DNA of 64,000 nt, taken from the NCBI GenBank assembly GCA_963782245.1, contig CAWAJC010000009.1:13829-77828 (forward strand), written 5' to 3'. Position 1 is the first letter of the stretch. Each line of letters begins with the position of its first letter. Under the pieces are notes generated by a model, which was not told the DNA's origin, did no database searches, and saw only the letters and a list, made by a program, of their open reading frames with translations. Position numbers and translations under genes: made by a program. This stretch comes from an uncultured Cytophagales bacterium (GTDB lineage Bacteria; Bacteroidota; Bacteroidia; Cytophagales; Spirosomataceae). This document shows positions 59,358-64,000 of the stretch, piece after piece.

Positions 59358-59840
59358 TTACGTTCGTGGGACTTCAATTTCGTCTCCCACCCGTATCACT
59401 CCGCTTTTTATCACTTTGGCCGTCATACCGCCGTGGCCGCGCATGGCGTTGTAGCCACCCGGCCCCAGCGCGGTTTCCATTTTGGAGCAGGGGTGACACT
59501 GACCGGTGATTTGCAACACTACGTCGCCCAGTTGAATCTGTTTGTCTTTTAGGGCCAGCAGGTTCAGGCCGGATACCACGACGTTACGGCGTAAAAGGGC
59601 CGGATCGAGAATATCGCGGTCGGTGAGAGCGGCCACTACGGGCAGGTGTTCGGCCTGGATGAGCGTTACGTGCCGGTTACCGCTTTGCCCGCTGTAATGG
59701 TCGCCGATAATACCCTTTTTTTCGGAAACGGTAATTACTTCTACTTCCTGCACCGGCTCGCGCCGTTCGGGGCGGATGCCCAGCCAGACCACCTTGCCGG
59801 GACGGGGAAATACATCGAATAAGTCTTTGATGTTTTGCAT
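59358..59840 (-). CDS. MOSC domain protein
   Basis: GIIGDH, LRRNVVVSG, CHPCSKM and G.TAKV..SG.IRVGD motifs. Confidence 0.9.
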   Translation of the reverse strand: MQNIKDLFDVFPRPGKVVWLGIRPERREPVQEVEVITVSEKKGIIGDHYSGQSGNRHVTLIQAEHLPVVAALTDRDILDPALLRRNVVVSGLNLLALKDKQIQLGDVVLQITGQCHPCSKMETALGPGGYNAMRGHGGMTAKVIKSGVIRVGDEIEVPRT

Positions 59841-59877
59841 GGTAGTACAACCCCGCAGCCCGAAACGGGTTCATAGA

Positions 59878-60357
59878 TCAACCCTGTTTCTGCAATCGTT
59901 CGTCAAATTCGTGCGCCGATAACTGCAGTACGTTCACCTGGCTTATTAATGGATGCAATGGATTGATCAGAATATTCCGGGAAGGAGAGTTACGCAAAAT
60001 AATGGATGGTAGGGAGAAGGCCAGGGTCGGGTAGGCAGGCGTAAATCTGGGTGCCAGAAAGAAGGGTAGGGTGTTCGGGAATCGAATCTGATCCCAGTCC
60101 ATCGGTAAGTCCTCCTCCTCAATTACCTCCACCGAATCGGGCAACTCAATGGTCAGCAGCACAAACGGAGGCAAGTCGCGGATGGGCGTACCGTTCAGAT
60201 GAACCAGTGTTTCCAGTAAGGCCAGTTCGGGCGTAGTGGATGTGTACAGGAGCGGAACGCCCATTGGATTCCAGCGACCGCCGTTGAGTCGGGCTCCTTC
60301 GCCCGTCAGCACGGAGTCGACAAACTGTCTTTTCTGAATGCGGTATACTAGAGGCAT
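59878..60357 (-). CDS. RES-domain toxin (NAD+-targeting family)
   Basis: VYRI, GGRWN, LYTS...LALLE, LPS and NILINP motifs. Confidence 0.92.
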   Translation of the reverse strand: MPLVYRIQKRQFVDSVLTGEGARLNGGRWNPMGVPLLYTSTTPELALLETLVHLNGTPIRDLPPFVLLTIELPDSVEVIEEEDLPMDWDQIRFPNTLPFFLAPRFTPAYPTLAFSLPSIILRNSPSRNILINPLHPLISQVNVLQLSAHEFDERLQKQG

Positions 60358-60360
60358 CGC

Positions 60361-60849
60361 CTAACTGTACACCCCGTATTCGATGCGGCCCAGCACCTGA
60401 TCAACTACCTGAAAGCCGGTAGCGGTGTCCAGCAGTTGCAGCGGAGTCTGATTGCCCAGCATCTCCAGCGGTCGGCGCAGCCAGCGGTTAAATTTTCCCT
60501 GGTCCTCGAAAACCCGCAGACCATGTGCGGCCAGGGCCATCAGCAGCAACAGCCGTTCGGACTCTACTTTATTCAGCGAACCATCAACCAGCCGTCGGGC
60601 CATAGTACGCTCGTTCAGGGATAGCAGGATAGATAGTTCGCGGATGGTCAACTCCAGCAGCGTAGCCACCTGCCGAACTTCGGCATGACCAAGGCCCAGG
60701 CGCGATTGAGCAATCAACTCAAAAGAGCCGGTTTTTTCCGGTAAAACCCGTATTGCCGGGATAGTAGCGTACGCTGCCGCCTGTTCGGAAACATGGCGGC
60801 TACTACCCGGTTTCGCATCGTCGGCTGATTGCTGTGACTTCCCTTTCAT
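60361..60849 (-). CDS. Xre/MbcA/ParS antitoxin
   Basis: HTH followed by F.D...WL..P...LG..TPL.LLDT..G...V...LGRIEYG. Confidence 0.92.
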   Translation of the reverse strand: MKGKSQQSADDAKPGSSRHVSEQAAAYATIPAIRVLPEKTGSFELIAQSRLGLGHAEVRQVATLLELTIRELSILLSLNERTMARRLVDGSLNKVESERLLLLMALAAHGLRVFEDQGKFNRWLRRPLEMLGNQTPLQLLDTATGFQVVDQVLGRIEYGVYS

Positions 60850-60862
60850 ACTGTCGTCATTT

Positions 60863-60882
60863 TGTCAGTAATAGTACTGACA
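60863..60882. promoter_or_regulatory. Putative TA operator
   Basis: TGTCAGTA-atag-TACTGACA, 13 bp from the antitoxin start. Confidence 0.65.
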
Positions 60883-60997
60883 TTTTACGGATTGACAACG
60901 TATGAGGTCGCAAAAAGGTTTGACACCTTCTATTCACACAGGCATCTTGCAGTATCCAGGACGTAGACGTCGGTATGCCGCACCACCAGGATACACC

Positions 60998-63725
60998 TTA
61001 CCGCCCAAATTTCAGGGTAGTACCCAGCCGGAAACCAAGGCCTTGGTAGCGGGCATCCTGCCACTGGGAAATGATCTCTACCCGGAAGAAGGGCAACACC
61101 TGCGGAATCAGCCCATCCAGCCCGTAACCTACCTCCGTATAGTGCTGAGAAGCCGGGGTGCTGAGGTAATGCACGAAGATGTTTTCCTTCAGACCAACCA
61201 GCCGGGCCAGCGTTATCTGGGTTAGCAGCAGTTGACGAAATTCGGCCAGCACGTGTGCTTCGGCGAACCGCTTTGCCGTGCTGTACTGGTAGTAGGGCAG
61301 GAGTCGAAAACTCGATACGACATCGCCCTGTTGCAGGAAGAAATAGTTACCGTAAAAATGCTTGAAATCGGGGAAATACAATCTCCGGTCATTCAGGAAA
61401 GTACCTGCCCTCAATTGATAACTTAACCGACTCCGAATACCCGTCTCGAACGAGTGCCCCAGGGCAGCCTGCACAAAATCATAGTCTACGCCATCCGCAA
61501 AAGACGCGTTGATCCCCTTGCGGTAGTTGAGCGTCAGTACCGGGGCGTTGTTGTCGGGCCGGGTAATGCGCCGGCCATTCCGGATGGTGTACTGGGTAGC
61601 GCCCAGCCGGACCGAAGTCAGTAGGTTGAGCAACCAGCGCGTTGTGCGTCGGGAAAGCGGTGCTGACGACTTCTGCATTGTCGGGGCGGTTGGATGAGTA
61701 GGTGCGGTTTTTCCAGTTAATCCAGGGTTTGAGGTCTTCCCGGTAATTGGCCAGTTCGGTGCGTTGGGCGTATTCCAGACTGCCTGACAGCGTAACCCGG
61801 TTCTGAAACGGCGACGCGCTAACGGCCAGTTTCAGGAAATCTTTCTGGTAAATTTTGGCGAAATTCTGCTCGAACAGTAGGGTAGTCAGCGTATTCAGGA
61901 ACGGGCTGATGGGATTGTCGGGGTTGAACTGGTAGAGGTAACGCCCGCCCGACAGGCCAATTTTGGTTGCTTTGTGCTGATAACTCCCTTCGCCGTAGCC
62001 AACCAGTTGTTTTCGACCAAACTGATACCGCGCCGTGCCGCCGATGTTCCACTCGCTCAGCGAAATTTGCGTAAACCGACTCACCGAATCGACTTTGGGT
62101 CGGTACCGCAGATTCAGTGCCCCTTCTGCCGTATAGCCCTCCACCGTATTGTATTCAATTCGGGATAAGGGGCTGGTATAAATCAACGAATTTTTCCGGT
62201 TGAGCCGCCACGTATAGCCCCCCAGCAACTGCCCCGGCGAGAATTTATTCGGTGATTTCTTTTTCGCCGTACTGTCCCATTTCAGCGTATCGGCTTTGGC
62301 ACCCGGAGCCTTTATTTCGCGCACCAGTCCCAGGCTATCGGCTTTACGGTAGCTTTTCACCTCAGCGGTTGTCAGCGGCACCGAGCGGAGCGAATCCCAG
62401 AAAACAGTGGAGCGTTTGCGGGCCAGGGTATCCACCACCATCGAGTCATCGCGCACGACATTGACGTTTTCTTTCTTGTTTTTTCGAGCCAGTTTTTCCT
62501 GCTTCTCGTACTCCTTTACCATCTGCCGCAGATTTTTGGTCGAAAACTCCTTCTGCTTCTTCACCAGTTCTTCCAGGTCACTGCCTTTGATCTCACTTTT
62601 AGAGAGTGTTTGCGCGGGGGCGTATTTCTTCTCGTCGGCCACCTGAATGTCTTCCACAAAAGCCGGATTGATGACAAAGTCGCTGAAGGTCAAATTCCGA
62701 ATGTAGTAGCCGGACGCTTTCACGCCCAGGTAAGAGCCACTCCCCGTATAGCGTTGGTTCGTTGGCATCCATACGCCCTGAATGGGGCTGCACATGTGCC
62801 GAACGGTGAAGGAAATGCCCAGATTGTTGACAGTTTCCAGTTGCAGGCTGTAGATGGCCCAGGTGTTTTCAATGATGAAAACCGTACCCCGGAAAACGCC
62901 TTCGCCGTACTGACGCGGTATAACCTGAATCTTGCTGATCTCTACCGGTTTTCCATCGGGGCCGTTTTCCCGAAAGGTACCTTTGTACTCAAATTTATAA
63001 TACGCGAAAGCTTTGGGCGACAAGGGCGAAACCGCGCCCGCAATGGTCGGGTCGTAAAAACTGGCGTTAAAAAAACGACTGGGACTCAGGAAATCCCCCT
63101 GCGAATTGCGGTTGGCAATAATTCGTTGCCGGTAGGTGTTGGGCTGACTGAACGATACTTCGGCCACCGTTTCGTTGAGCAATGGTACCCCCACTTTAAA
63201 ATTGGCTTCTTTCTCGGCTTCTTTGAGTTGTTTCCGAAACATAGCTTCGGCCAGATTGGGCAGGTCAATTACCGTGAACGACGATTTCGTGTACACCCGT
63301 GCCGTAAATCGCTGTACCTGTAGTTTGTGAAACCGGCTTTTGGCAATGGCCCGGCGCATGATGGTGTAGGCCGGGTCTTCGTTGCCCGCTTTGGTCTGCA
63401 CCTCGGCCAGCCGATACGCCTGCTCTTCCATCGTGGCATCCAGCGTTGTGAATCCAGTACCGATTTCGACTGATTTCTGAATGGTCTGGAAACCCAGGAA
63501 CTGAAACGTAATGGCGTAGTTTCCGGGAGCCAGCGCGATTTCGTACTGGCCTTCGGCATTGGTGATGGTACCCGTAGGCCGGGTGGCCGTTGTCGTTCCC
63601 TTTACAACAACAGCGGCAAACGGTAGGGCTTCTCCCTTCGCGTTTTTTACCGTACCCCGCAAGCCCGTTTGGGCGAATCCAATAGTAACGAACAGTAGAG
63701 AAAAGGATAGCAGAAAATACCTCAT
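60998..63725 (-). CDS. CarboxypepD_reg-like plus DUF5686 outer-membrane protein (frameshift near 61630)
   Basis: Signal peptide, G.V....GEALPFA and DPAYTIMRRAI motifs, VSPLSPKAFAYYKF; ORF 60998-61678 supplies the barrel C-terminus. Confidence 0.85.
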
Positions 63726-64000
63726 GCAAAAAGAACGTAGTATCGATAGAACGAATGTAACAGGTAAACGAAAATGTCCCCCGCTTTCATCCACGAACGG
63801 TTAGTTTCAACAGATTATCGTGGAACTGGGTCAGTGGAATATATACAGGATGCCAGAACGCCCAAAAAGGTTGCCGCTGGTAAGGAGAATAATCACGCTA
63901 AGATCGAACCGGGATTTCGCATCCGGTTAGTCAAAGATAACCAGCTCGTATCTATGTTTCTTCTATAAGACTCGTAAGCTTCGTGCGGGTCTTCTGGGTT

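Noticed and set aside
10676-60357. NAD theme linking nadC, the nicotinamidase and the RES toxin
   Set aside because: The genes are tens of kb apart in unrelated transcription units, so this is probably coincidence.
1-64000. CRISPR arrays, tRNA/rRNA genes and IS transposases
   Set aside because: I found no regularly spaced direct repeats, cloverleaf or rRNA signatures, or transposase ORFs.

Overview
A 64-kb chromosomal segment of a Bacteroidota bacterium, most likely Cytophagales and Spirosoma-like, inferred from gene content and TAnnTTTG promoters. It is mostly housekeeping: secDF, nadC, bioD, lysC, dxs, two rhomboids, mutL, rpsJ, fusA, dinB, an fpg-like glycosylase, uvrD/pcrA, tpiA, a phoBR-like pair and prmA. 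It also carries a sulfur-handling pair, a Vat/CatB-like acetyltransferase, two Uma2-like nucleases, two ECF sigma/anti-sigma/DUF4097-type modules, a 1684-aa secreted hypothetical protein and an Xre-RES toxin-antitoxin pair. I saw no rRNA, tRNA, CRISPR array, transposase or prophage. At least 8 genes are broken by small indels, which are probably long-read assembly errors. The most interesting signals are: (1) a signal-peptide uORF ending ...IATNAP-stop upstream of secDF, a likely secretion-monitor arrest peptide followed by a pyrimidine-rich spacer; (2) an 11-codon leader ORF plus terminator/antiterminator in front of bioD; (3) an ECF operon with two tandem beta-barrel proteins in swapped domain order; (4) an S24/HTH repressor divergent from dinB; (5) a recurrent AAC-N17/18-GTT promoter-like motif. 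All family assignments are by eye from motifs; no searches were run.
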